The notes under the pieces are model-generated. The model did not search any database. It saw only the letters and a list, made by a program, of their open reading frames with translations, and was not told the DNA's origin. A stretch of DNA of 64,000 bases, taken from Clostridia bacterium. GTDB lineage: Bacteria; Bacillota; Clostridia; Christensenellales; CAG-138. Within the stretch, counting starts at the first letter, position 1. Each line of letters opens with the position of its first letter. A program made the position numbers and the translations under genes. Positions 17,596 through 25,772 of this stretch are shown piece by piece. The stretch covers positions 5,056 through 69,055 of the forward strand of contig JAFWJN010000040.1 in NCBI GenBank assembly GCA_017514685.1, given 5' to 3'.

Positions 17596-18674
17596 CAGTC
17601 GGTCCCGTAACGTTCCGTCAGAAGATCCGCAAGCGTCAGCGCGGTCAGACTGTCTACCACGACCCGTGCGCGATGCACAATTGCAGGATCATGCCGTCCT
17701 TTCAGTTTCAGTTCAGCTTGTTCCATTGTTCTCAGATCGACCGTGTCCTGTTTTAAAAAGATCGAAGGCGTTGGCTTGACTGCTGTCCGGAACAGAATCG
17801 GCATCCCGTTTGTGATTCCCCCGTTGATACCGCCGTTATGATTGCTTCTTGTCTTTACAGCTCCATTTTCTATAACGAATGCGTCATTTGCTTCGCTCCC
17901 ACGCAGATCAGCCAGTGCAAAGCCGGTTCCGAATTCCACGCCTTTGACCGATGGGATGGAATATAACGCATGTGCCAAAAGTCCCTCCACGGTGTCGAAC
18001 CATGGTTCTCCGATTCCTGCCGGTATTCCCAATACCGCTGTTTCCAGTACTCCCCCGACGCTGTCCCCGCATCCTGCCGCTTCTTCAATAGCGCTTTGCA
18101 TTTCTTCCGACTTCTTTGGGTCCAGAACAGCGAAAAGGCTTTCCTCGAGGAGGCCGATATCCTTCTCATAATCTTCGAACGAACGGTCGGAGATTTTTGC
18201 GCAGCGCGCAATGTGCGTTCCGATTAAAATACCTTTCTTTTTCAGCATTGACAGTGCAATTGCTCCCGCCGCAGTCAGCGGCGCTGTCAAGCGGCCGGAA
18301 AAATGTCCTCCTCCGCGCGGGTCGGAAAACCCGTGAAACTTCTGCATCGCCGTGTAATCTGCGTGTCCGGGTCTCGGAAGGAACTGCTGTTCCGCATAGT
18401 CCGAACTGTGCTGCTCAGCGTTCTCAATTAAAATGCAGATCGGCGTTCCGGTCGTTTTTCCCTGATAGACCCCGCTGACCAGTTTCACCGTATCTGATTC
18501 TTTTCTCCCGGTTGAGATGGCTCCATACGGACGTCTCTGATCCATCTGATGCGCAATATAGGCCGCATCCACCAGAATCCCCGGCGCTATCCCGTCCAGA
18601 ACCGCTCCGATCATTTCTCCGTGGCTCTCTCCGAACAGTGTCACCGTCAATGCGTTTCCGAATGTGTTTTTCAT
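17580..18674 (-). CDS. aroC: Chorismate synthase
   Basis: TLFGESHGEMIGAVLDG, RPGHADY and GRHDP motifs. ATGA overlap with the aroB stop. Confidence 0.95.
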   Translation of the reverse strand: MKNTFGNALTVTLFGESHGEMIGAVLDGIAPGILVDAAYIAHQMDQRRPYGAISTGRKESDTVKLVSGVYQGKTTGTPICILIENAEQHSSDYAEQQFLPRPGHADYTAMQKFHGFSDPRGGGHFSGRLTAPLTAAGAIALSMLKKKGILIGTHIARCAKISDRSFEDYEKDIGLLEESLFAVLDPKKSEEMQSAIEEAAGCGDSVGGVLETAVLGIPAGIGEPWFDTVEGLLAHALYSIPSVKGVEFGTGFALADLRGSEANDAFVIENGAVKTRSNHNGGINGGITNGMPILFRTAVKPTPSIFLKQDTVDLRTMEQAELKLKGRHDPAIVHRARVVVDSLTALTLADLLTERYGTDWWAEA

Positions 18675-19696
18675 GCTTTTTCTCCCTGTTCCGTTACAAT
18701 GTTAATCAATGGCTTCAAGGATGATAAAGGAATCGTCCGGAAGGAAAAGGAACCGATCTCATCTACTGTAACCACCGACACTTCCCCGCCTGCTGCTTTT
18801 TTATCGTGAATGAGCGCCCTGTAAATTTCTTCCGCGTCAATCGGTGCGGAAACAGGCAGCTTCAGCTTTTTCAGAACAGGCATCAGTCTTTTTTGCACAT
18901 CCTTTGAACACATCGGAATCATTCCCATTGCAACACACTCCCCGTGATACAATCCGAGAGCATGCCCCGCGCTTTCAATCCCGTGTCCGATCGTGTGCCC
19001 GAAATTCAGAACTTTTCTGAGGTTCTGTTCCTTTTCATCCTGTTCGACCACGGCTTTTTTTATCATGACCGAACGGGTAATAATCTCATCCAGGCAGCAG
19101 TAAGGATCCTGCTGCTCAAAAACATCGAACAGTTCCGGATCGGAAGTGATTGACATTTTCAACGCTTCGCAAAGACCGTTTGAAACCTGTCTTCCGGGAA
19201 GAGTTTTCATCGTATCCGGATCGATCAAAACGGCTTTCGGCTGATAAAACGCCCCCACGATATTTTTGATTCCATCCAGATTCAGTGCTGTTTTTCCTCC
19301 GATTGAGGCATCTACCGCAGAAAGCACCGTGGTCGGCACCGAATAAAAATCGATTCCCCGCATATATGATGCCGCGGTAAACCCGGCAAGATCACTGACA
19401 ACGCCCCCGCCGACCGAAACGACACAATCCTTTCTGGAAAAGCCGCATGACAGCATTTTGCTGAGCAGTTTTTCAAAAGCCGAAAGGCTCTTGCTTTCCT
19501 CGCCCTGAGGAACGGTTACAAGATACGGTTCTTTTGCCGCCGCAGCGATTTCTTCAGCATAACACGCAGGAACTCCGCTGTCGGTAACAACCAGTACCTT
19601 CCGGTCAAGGCGGAACAGTTCTCTTGCCCTATGCAGCGCTCCGCGCTCAATCTCAATGGGATAGCTTCCCGTATCCAGATTGATGGGAATAATCAT
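18671..19696 (-). CDS. aroB: 3-dehydroquinate synthase
   Basis: GGGVVSDLAGFTAASYMRGI and NFGHTIGH motifs. ATG 19696 with AAGGAG 9 nt upstream is preferred over TTG 19717. Confidence 0.92.
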   Translation of the reverse strand: MIIPINLDTGSYPIEIERGALHRARELFRLDRKVLVVTDSGVPACYAEEIAAAAKEPYLVTVPQGEESKSLSAFEKLLSKMLSCGFSRKDCVVSVGGGVVSDLAGFTAASYMRGIDFYSVPTTVLSAVDASIGGKTALNLDGIKNIVGAFYQPKAVLIDPDTMKTLPGRQVSNGLCEALKMSITSDPELFDVFEQQDPYCCLDEIITRSVMIKKAVVEQDEKEQNLRKVLNFGHTIGHGIESAGHALGLYHGECVAMGMIPMCSKDVQKRLMPVLKKLKLPVSAPIDAEEIYRALIHDKKAAGGEVSVVTVDEIGSFSFRTIPLSSLKPLINIVTEQGEKA

Positions 19697-19726
19697 GTCG
19701 GCTTTCTCCTTGGACAATAATAGTAA

Positions 19727-19759
19727 GAAAAAACGGTTCCGTCCGAAAACAGAACCGCT
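19727..19759 (-). terminator. Intrinsic terminator (attenuator) inside the aroB 5' leader
   Basis: Minus strand (A)GCGGUUCUG-UUUUCGGA-CGGAACCG(U) followed by UUUUUUCUU. Lies 30 nt upstream of the aroB ATG. Confidence 0.7.
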
Positions 19760-19785
19760 GATAAATGCGCTGAGGTCGGACGGGA

Positions 19786-19863
19786 TTATCTGGTGCGATT
19801 ATAATAGCCCGCTTCAAAACGAACTTCCGCGTACAGATAGGAGCCGAAAAACAGATGTTTCAT
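19786..19863 (-). CDS. Candidate 25-aa aromatic-rich leader peptide MKHLFFGSYLYAEVRFEAGYYNRTR
   Basis: ATG preceded by AAGGAG at 7 nt. Contains 3 Phe and 4 Tyr codons, including FF and YY doublets. Its stop lies 2 nt before the antiterminator 5' arm. Confidence 0.55.
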   Translation of the reverse strand: MKHLFFGSYLYAEVRFEAGYYNRTR

Positions 19864-19896
19864 TTCTCTTCTCCTTTCCTGTCCTGCAATGCAGAA

Positions 19897-19926
19897 AATG
19901 TATCACCTTATATAGGTTTTTGTCAA
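19897..19926 (-). promoter_or_regulatory. Promoter of the aro operon leader
   Basis: TTGACA-18 nt-TACATT with TGn extended -10 (TGATACATT). Confidence 0.6.
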
Positions 19927-19980
19927 GCGTTTTCCCCTATTTCCCGCAGATTCCATCCCGCAGCAAAAGTGCGCTTATAT

Positions 19981-21363
19981 TCAGGCGTTTAAAAGAAACG
20001 CACGATACGCTTTGCAAGCTTCATACAGGTCTGCTTTTGAAATGATCTCCCAGGGCGCATGCATGGAAAGAACCGCCACACCGCTGTCGATTACTTCCAT
20101 TCCGTATGCAGCACAGATGTAAGCGATCGTTCCGCCTCCGCCGACATCCACTTTTCCAAGCTCCGCCGTCTGATACTGAACCCCCGCGTCCTCCATGAGT
20201 TTACGAAGCTTTGCCATATATTCGGCGTTCGCATCATTGGAGCCGCTCTTTCCGCGTGAACCTGTGTATTTATTGAAACAGACTCCCTTTCCGAGAAAAG
20301 CGCTGTTCTTCTTTTCGAAAACCCCGGCAAAATTCGGGTCAAAGCCGGCGCTTACATCGCAGGAAAGCATACATGCGTTTTTAAGAGCACGCCTCAACTT
20401 CAGTTCCGAATATTCTCCGGTCAGGTTCATCAGTTCCGCGATATTATTCTCAAAATATTTCGCATGCATTCCCGTGGCACCGACGGAACCGATCTCTTCT
20501 TTATCCGCAAGAATGCAGCAGCTTGTCCGTTCCGGGACATCTTCTATGGAAAGGATCGCCCTGATCTGTGCAAAAGCGCAGACGCGGTCATCATGACCAT
20601 ATCCCAGAATCATGCTGCGGTCCAGCCCGAGATCCCTTGCTTTTCCAGCCGGTACGACTTCAATCTCTGCAGACAGAAAATCTTCTTCCTCCACGCCATA
20701 CCTATCATTCAGAATTTTCAGAATATTCGCTTTGACAGGCTCCTTTTCCTCATCTTTGAGCGGAATCCCGCCGACGATAACATTCAGGTCCTCTCCCTCG
20801 ATTACCGTTGCGCCTTTTTTCTGGAGCTGCTCCCCGGAAAGGTGAATCAAAAGATCAGAGATGCAGAGCACCGGATCGTCTTCCTCTTCTCCAATGACAA
20901 CATCAATCTTCTCCCCGTCTTTTTTAACGATCACTCCATGCAGAGCAAGCGGAAGCGCTACCCACTGATACTTTTTGATTCCGCCGTAATAATGCGTATC
21001 CAGATAAGCGATTCCCGCATCCTCATACAACGGATTCTGCTTGAGATCCATTCTCGGGGAATCAATGTGTGCGCCGATAATGTTGAAGCCGTTTTCCATT
21101 GGGTTACTGCCGATGATGAACAGCATAATTGCTTTTCCCATGCAATCGGAATAAACACGGTCGCCCGGTCTGAGTGTTTCGCCTGTTTGAATCATTTCTT
21201 TCAAATCCCGGAAACCTGCGTCCTTAGCAAGCCGGATCGCGGCCGTTGTGCATTCCCGTTCTGTTTTTCCTCCGTTCAGAAACAGTTTATATTCTGCTGA
21301 AATCTGCTCCAGTTCTTTTTGTTCGGTTTCGTTATACGTGTTCCAAGCTACATTCCGTTCCAT
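19981..21363 (-). CDS. M18-family aminopeptidase
   Basis: IGAHIDSPR, GYGHDDR and HAPWE motifs, 460 aa. GGAGG SD 5 nt upstream. Confidence 0.82.
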   Translation of the reverse strand: MERNVAWNTYNETEQKELEQISAEYKLFLNGGKTERECTTAAIRLAKDAGFRDLKEMIQTGETLRPGDRVYSDCMGKAIMLFIIGSNPMENGFNIIGAHIDSPRMDLKQNPLYEDAGIAYLDTHYYGGIKKYQWVALPLALHGVIVKKDGEKIDVVIGEEEDDPVLCISDLLIHLSGEQLQKKGATVIEGEDLNVIVGGIPLKDEEKEPVKANILKILNDRYGVEEEDFLSAEIEVVPAGKARDLGLDRSMILGYGHDDRVCAFAQIRAILSIEDVPERTSCCILADKEEIGSVGATGMHAKYFENNIAELMNLTGEYSELKLRRALKNACMLSCDVSAGFDPNFAGVFEKKNSAFLGKGVCFNKYTGSRGKSGSNDANAEYMAKLRKLMEDAGVQYQTAELGKVDVGGGGTIAYICAAYGMEVIDSGVAVLSMHAPWEIISKADLYEACKAYRAFLLNA

Positions 21364-21399
21364 ACCTGCCTCCGAATATTATTAGCATTTATTTAAAAT

Positions 21400-21428
21400 A
21401 TTATATAGTTTTGCCAAATACAATTCAA
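21400..21428 (-). promoter_or_regulatory. Candidate aminopeptidase promoter
   Basis: TTGAAT-17 nt-TATAAT on the minus strand. Confidence 0.55.
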
Positions 21429-21579
21429 GTCCAAGTGGACTGGGGTGAAAAAATGACAGAGGGTATATAAAGAAAGATTCGGAAAAAAGTTCGTTAATTC
21501 CCATCGTAAATCCCGTTGTGGGACTTACTTTGGGAATTAACTCTGGAAAAAAGCTTTGCAAGGAATCTTTACTGAGGGC

Positions 21580-21608
21580 TTGAAAGATAACTGCGGTTCC
21601 GATAAAAT
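21580..21608 (+). promoter_or_regulatory. Candidate proS promoter
   Basis: TTGAAA-17 nt-TAAAAT, about 85 nt upstream of the proS ATG. Confidence 0.5.
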
Positions 21609-21693
21609 AGAAAGGTAAAGCAAAATGTTTTGCGGATTTGTCTGTTGAGATTATATGCAGACACCGCATACCGATTAAGAAAGGACGTCTTGT

Positions 21694-23433
21694 ATGAAAG
21701 TCAGTCAGCTTCTTGGAGAGCGGTTCAAAGACCGCGCTTTTGAGATTGAAAGTCAGAACCTCATGACCCGCGGCGGATATATGAAGCTTGTCGGAAACGG
21801 TATTTATTCTCTGTTTACACCGGCAAAACGAATTCAAAATAAAATCGAACAGATCCTTCGGGAAGAAATGGATGCAATTGATGGCCAGGAAGTCCTGTTC
21901 CCTGTCGTGATGCCTGCTTCTATCTGGCAGCAGTCCGGCAGATGGGATTCCATCGGTAAAGAGCTTCTTCGGTTCAAAGACCGCAGCGGAGCCGATATGG
22001 TTCTAGGTATGACACATGAAGAAGCCGCCGTCCATATGGCAATGAATGTCGCCGGCACCTACCAGAAATATCCCTTTATGATCTATCAGATCCAGACCAA
22101 ATTCCGTGACGAACCCAGAGCACGCGGCGGTCTGATCCGCGTCCGTGAGTTCACTATGAAGGACGCTTATTCCTTCCATACTTCTCAGGAAGATCTGGAG
22201 AAATACTATGAACGTGCTTACCGGGCATATGAACGCATCTATGCCCGCGCCGGTGTTCCCGAAGTCGTTGCTGTCAAATCCGACAGCGGCATGATGGGAG
22301 GTAAAGTAAGCCATGAATTCATGCTTCTGTGTGATATCGGTGAAGATTCCATCGTAATCTGCCCCGAGTGCGGATACCGGGCCAATATGGAAGCTGCGGA
22401 AACGCTTGTCCAGAATGAAAAAGACGAGATTTCGGAATCTCTGCAGGAAGTATTCACCGGAGACGCCAAAACAATCGATGAAGTCTGCGCACTCCTCGGC
22501 AAGGCTGCTGTTAAATCCTGCAAGGCTGTTGTCTATCAGAGAAATGCAGATGACAGTTATGTCCTGATCTTTACGCGCGGAGATCTGGAAATCAACGAAA
22601 CCAAACTGACCAATTATCTGAAAGCGGAAGTCCATCCCGCCGTCGATATCGATGCCGCAAATCTGACCGCCGGTAACATTGGTCCGGTCAATCTCAATAC
22701 AACTGCAACTGTATTGTTTGACCGTTCCATCCAGGATGCTTCCAATCTTGTCTGCGGCGCCAACAAAGAAGAATATCACTATACCGGATTCACGCCTTCC
22801 CGTGATCTCCCTGAAGATACGCTGTATCTGGATCTGAGCAAAACACAGAACGGGTTCGAATGCCCGAGCTGCCATAAACACAGCATCCGGATCAGCCGCG
22901 GTATAGAAGTCGGTAATATTTTCCAGCTTGGAAAACGCTATACCGAAGCTATGGGCATGACATTCGACGACGCCTCCGGCAACCGGATCAACCCCATCAT
23001 GGGCTGCTACGGAATCGGCGTCGGCCGTTTGATTGCCTCTGTCTGTGAAGTGCGCCATGATGACTACGGCCCCATCTGGCCGATCACGATCGCTCCCTGG
23101 CAGGTTGAAGTCTGCGCTCTGCGCATCGATAACCCGGATGTCCGCGCTGCTGCCGACCGGCTCTATAAAGAACTGACAGATGCCGGCATAGAAGTTCTGT
23201 ATGACGATCGTCCTGTTTCCGCGGGCGTCCTTTTCTCAGATGCAGATCTGCTGGGTGCTCCTATCCGTGTTGTTGTCAGTCCCAAGACCCTTTCCCGCGG
23301 GGGTTATGAACTGTCCGCGCGCGATAAATCATTCCGGGAAGATATCGATCCTCAGTTCGCTGTTTCCGAAGTGTTCCAAAAAATCGCCGCCCTTACGCAG
23401 GCGATCAATGAAAAGGTTCCTGAGCGAATCTGA
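21694..23433 (+). CDS. proS: Proline--tRNA ligase (bacterial type with editing insertion)
   Basis: Class II motifs (FRDE.RARGGLIRVREF, GCYGIGVGRL), 579 aa. Confidence 0.95.
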   Translation: MKVSQLLGERFKDRAFEIESQNLMTRGGYMKLVGNGIYSLFTPAKRIQNKIEQILREEMDAIDGQEVLFPVVMPASIWQQSGRWDSIGKELLRFKDRSGADMVLGMTHEEAAVHMAMNVAGTYQKYPFMIYQIQTKFRDEPRARGGLIRVREFTMKDAYSFHTSQEDLEKYYERAYRAYERIYARAGVPEVVAVKSDSGMMGGKVSHEFMLLCDIGEDSIVICPECGYRANMEAAETLVQNEKDEISESLQEVFTGDAKTIDEVCALLGKAAVKSCKAVVYQRNADDSYVLIFTRGDLEINETKLTNYLKAEVHPAVDIDAANLTAGNIGPVNLNTTATVLFDRSIQDASNLVCGANKEEYHYTGFTPSRDLPEDTLYLDLSKTQNGFECPSCHKHSIRISRGIEVGNIFQLGKRYTEAMGMTFDDASGNRINPIMGCYGIGVGRLIASVCEVRHDDYGPIWPITIAPWQVEVCALRIDNPDVRAAADRLYKELTDAGIEVLYDDRPVSAGVLFSDADLLGAPIRVVVSPKTLSRGGYELSARDKSFREDIDPQFAVSEVFQKIAALTQAINEKVPERI

Positions 23434-23478
23434 TTGTCTGCTTTCCGGCTGCACAGAACCATTTCACCATGCCCGCCC

Positions 23479-23512
23479 GGACTGCTGCCCGGCAGCAGTC
23501 CGTTTTTCTTTT
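23479..23512 (+). terminator. Rho-independent terminator after proS
   Basis: GGACTGCTG-CCCGG-CAGCAGTCC followed by GTTTTTCTTTTT. Confidence 0.85.
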
Positions 23513-23528
23513 TCCCCAGGAGGCACCC

Positions 23529-24464
23529 ATGAACGTACTGCATTTGAAATACGCTGTTGAAATTGCCAATACCGGTTCAATCAACAAGGCCGCCGAAGTC
23601 CTCTATATGGGGCAGCCCAATCTTTCCCGCGCAATCAAAGATCTGGAAGGAACGCTTGGCATTACGATTTTCGAGCGTTCAGCAAAAGGAATGGTTCCAA
23701 CAGCGGAAGGTGAACAGTTTCTGGAATATGCGCGTAAGATCCTGCGCGAGATCGATGCGGTAGAAGCAGTTTACCGGGATCGGAAAAAGCAGACGCAGAG
23801 ATTTTCTATTTCTGTCCCCCGGGCAAGTTATATTGCGGAAGCCTTTTCTCAGTTTTCAGGCAGTATTTCCGAAGATCCCGCTGAAATCTTCTATATGGAA
23901 ACCAATTCCATGCGAGCGATTGAAAACATTCTCCGTGAAGATTACCGTCTCGGCATTATCCGTTATTCGACGGAATATGAACAATATTTCCAGTCCATGC
24001 TGAAAGACCGGGGATTTACAGCGGAAACCATCACCGAGTTTTCTTATGTACTGATCATGCATCGCGATCATCCTCTGGCGAAAAAAGATTCCATTCAGAC
24101 AAGTGATCTTTCTCCTTATATTGAAGTGGCGCATGCCGACCCGTATGTTCCTTCCCTTCCGGTCAACGAGTTGAGGAAAAACCTTCTCGATCCCGGAATC
24201 GAGCGCCGGATCTTCGTATTTGAACGGGGTGGACAATACGATCTGCTTTCCGAGAACCACAACACTTTTATGTGGGTCTCACCGGTTCCTCAGAAAACGC
24301 TCGACCGTTATCATCTGGTTCAGCGTATCTGTCAGGATAACACGCGAGTTCACCGGGATGTTCTGATTCGGAAAAGCAGCTACCGGCTGACGGATCTTGA
24401 TAAACGTTTCCTGCAGGCATTATATGAGGCGAGAGACAAGTATATTCCTTATCCGGCAAAGTGA
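23529..24464 (+). CDS. LysR-family transcriptional regulator
   Basis: N-terminal wHTH (LKYAVEIANTGSINKAAEVLYMGQPNLSRAIKDLE). ATG 23529 with AGGAGG upstream. The track start 23469 lies within the proS terminator. Confidence 0.85.
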   Translation: MNVLHLKYAVEIANTGSINKAAEVLYMGQPNLSRAIKDLEGTLGITIFERSAKGMVPTAEGEQFLEYARKILREIDAVEAVYRDRKKQTQRFSISVPRASYIAEAFSQFSGSISEDPAEIFYMETNSMRAIENILREDYRLGIIRYSTEYEQYFQSMLKDRGFTAETITEFSYVLIMHRDHPLAKKDSIQTSDLSPYIEVAHADPYVPSLPVNELRKNLLDPGIERRIFVFERGGQYDLLSENHNTFMWVSPVPQKTLDRYHLVQRICQDNTRVHRDVLIRKSSYRLTDLDKRFLQALYEARDKYIPYPAK

Positions 24465-24482
24465 AAAGCTTCTCATAATATT

Positions 24483-24521
24483 ACATCCTGTCCATATACG
24501 GACAGGATGTTTCTTTCTTTG
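24483..24521. terminator. Hairpin terminator between convergent LysR and HAD genes
   Basis: ACATCCTGTCC-ATATAC-GGACAGGATGT followed by TTCTTTCTTT. Confidence 0.78.
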
Positions 24522-24534
24522 TGTTTATCTGTTT

Positions 24535-25188
24535 TCATAACAGTTTTTCTTTCAGTTCCTGTACAGAAGATACAATCATTTTCGCTCCCGCTTTCGTCAG
24601 TTCTTCGACCGATCCATATCCGTAAGAAACAGCGATTCCCGCAACGCAAAGCTTGTTCGCTGCCTCCACATCGAATTTCCGGTCGCCAACCATAACTGTA
24701 TCTTCTCTTCCCATACCGGATTTTCCAAAAAGCATCTGCAGTGCTTCTTCCAAAACTTCTTCTTTTTTATTCTTCGTTCCGTTCAGTTCCGAACCGCATA
24801 CTACGTCGAAAAAAGGACGAATCCGAAAGTATGCAAGAATATCCTCTACAAAAACAGTCGGCTTGCTTGACGCGATTCCGACAAAGCGTTTATCTGCTTT
24901 CAAATCCGAAAGAAGTTCATATATTCCCGGATATAATTCATTCTCATACTTGCCAACGACAGAAAACCGTTCCCGATAATACTGAACCGCCTGTTTTGCC
25001 TCAGGTTCCGACATTCCGTAAAACTCGGAAAAGCTGTCAGTCAGCGGCGGGCCGATAAATGGCTCCAACCGGTCCAGATCAGGTTCTTCGATTCCCATTC
25101 TGGAAAGCGCATATTGAACGGAGGTACAGATTCCGATTTTCGGATCACTCAAGGTTCCATCCAGATCGAATAATATTTGACGATACAT
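24535..25188 (-). CDS. HAD-superfamily hydrolase (phosphoglycolate phosphatase-like, subfamily IA)
   Basis: Motif I LFDLDGTLSD and distal GDRKFD motif. ATG 25188 with AAGGAG 7 nt upstream, 2 nt after the GNAT stop. Confidence 0.8.
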   Translation of the reverse strand: MYRQILFDLDGTLSDPKIGICTSVQYALSRMGIEEPDLDRLEPFIGPPLTDSFSEFYGMSEPEAKQAVQYYRERFSVVGKYENELYPGIYELLSDLKADKRFVGIASSKPTVFVEDILAYFRIRPFFDVVCGSELNGTKNKKEEVLEEALQMLFGKSGMGREDTVMVGDRKFDVEAANKLCVAGIAVSYGYGSVEELTKAGAKMIVSSVQELKEKLL

Positions 25189-25190
25189 CC

Positions 25191-25772
25191 TTATTCTCCT
25201 TCGCATTGCCGGATCATCGGATATGGGATAAACTCATCCGGAACATCCGTTTTCGGAGCCAGCTGTTTTTCCATCCAGATCACACTGTACCATCTTCCGA
25301 ATTTATAACCGCAGTTCTGAAAGGTTCCCTTTGTTCTGTATCCGATCCGAAAATGAAATTTCTCGCTGTCGTTGGACAGATAAGGATCGCCCTCCGGTGC
25401 GATTGTTATGCAAGCGTACAGCGTAAACACATTCTGTTTTAAAAGAATCATTTCCAGTTTCCGGTACAATTCTCTTCCGATTCCCTGCCTGCGGTAATTC
25501 CGGTCCAGATATATGGTCGCGACTGCGCAGTGCTTGTACGCTGGTCTCGGATGAAAAGGCGATGCATACGCATAACCGATAATGAGCCCGTCCTTTTCCG
25601 CAACAAGATAAGGATATTCCCTTTGCACTGTCTCCATTCTTGCATGAAATTCTTCAACGGAAGGACTTTCATATTCAAATGAGACTGCTGTTTCTGTCAC
25701 ATAGGGAGCATAGATTTCCAAAAGCCTTCCCGCGTCTTGTTCTTCTGCATTCCGGATAATTAAATCATTCAT
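25191..25772 (-). CDS. GNAT N-acetyltransferase, phosphinothricin/methionine-sulfoximine acetyltransferase-like
   Basis: IRNAEEQDAGRLLEIYAPYV...FEYESPSVEEF...RRQGIGRELY pattern of the PAT/YncA subgroup. 8-nt overlap with the upstream gene. Confidence 0.78.
   Translation of the reverse strand: MNDLIIRNAEEQDAGRLLEIYAPYVTETAVSFEYESPSVEEFHARMETVQREYPYLVAEKDGLIIGYAYASPFHPRPAYKHCAVATIYLDRNYRRQGIGRELYRKLEMILLKQNVFTLYACITIAPEGDPYLSNDSEKFHFRIGYRTKGTFQNCGYKFGRWYSVIWMEKQLAPKTDVPDEFIPYPMIRQCEGE

Noticed and set aside
21430-21693. Expected T-box (Pro) leader upstream of proS
   Set aside because: I searched both strands for the stem I GA/AGAGA elements, a GAA-CCN-A specifier and the GGUGGNACCGCG box. None was found, only a GGAACCGCAG-like fragment on the wrong strand. 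No T-box is called.
21382-21837. 151-aa minus-strand ORF spanning the aminopeptidase/proS intergenic region and the proS 5' end
   Set aside because: It overlaps two predicted promoters and the proS start, has no SD, and its sequence is low-complexity. Treated as spurious.
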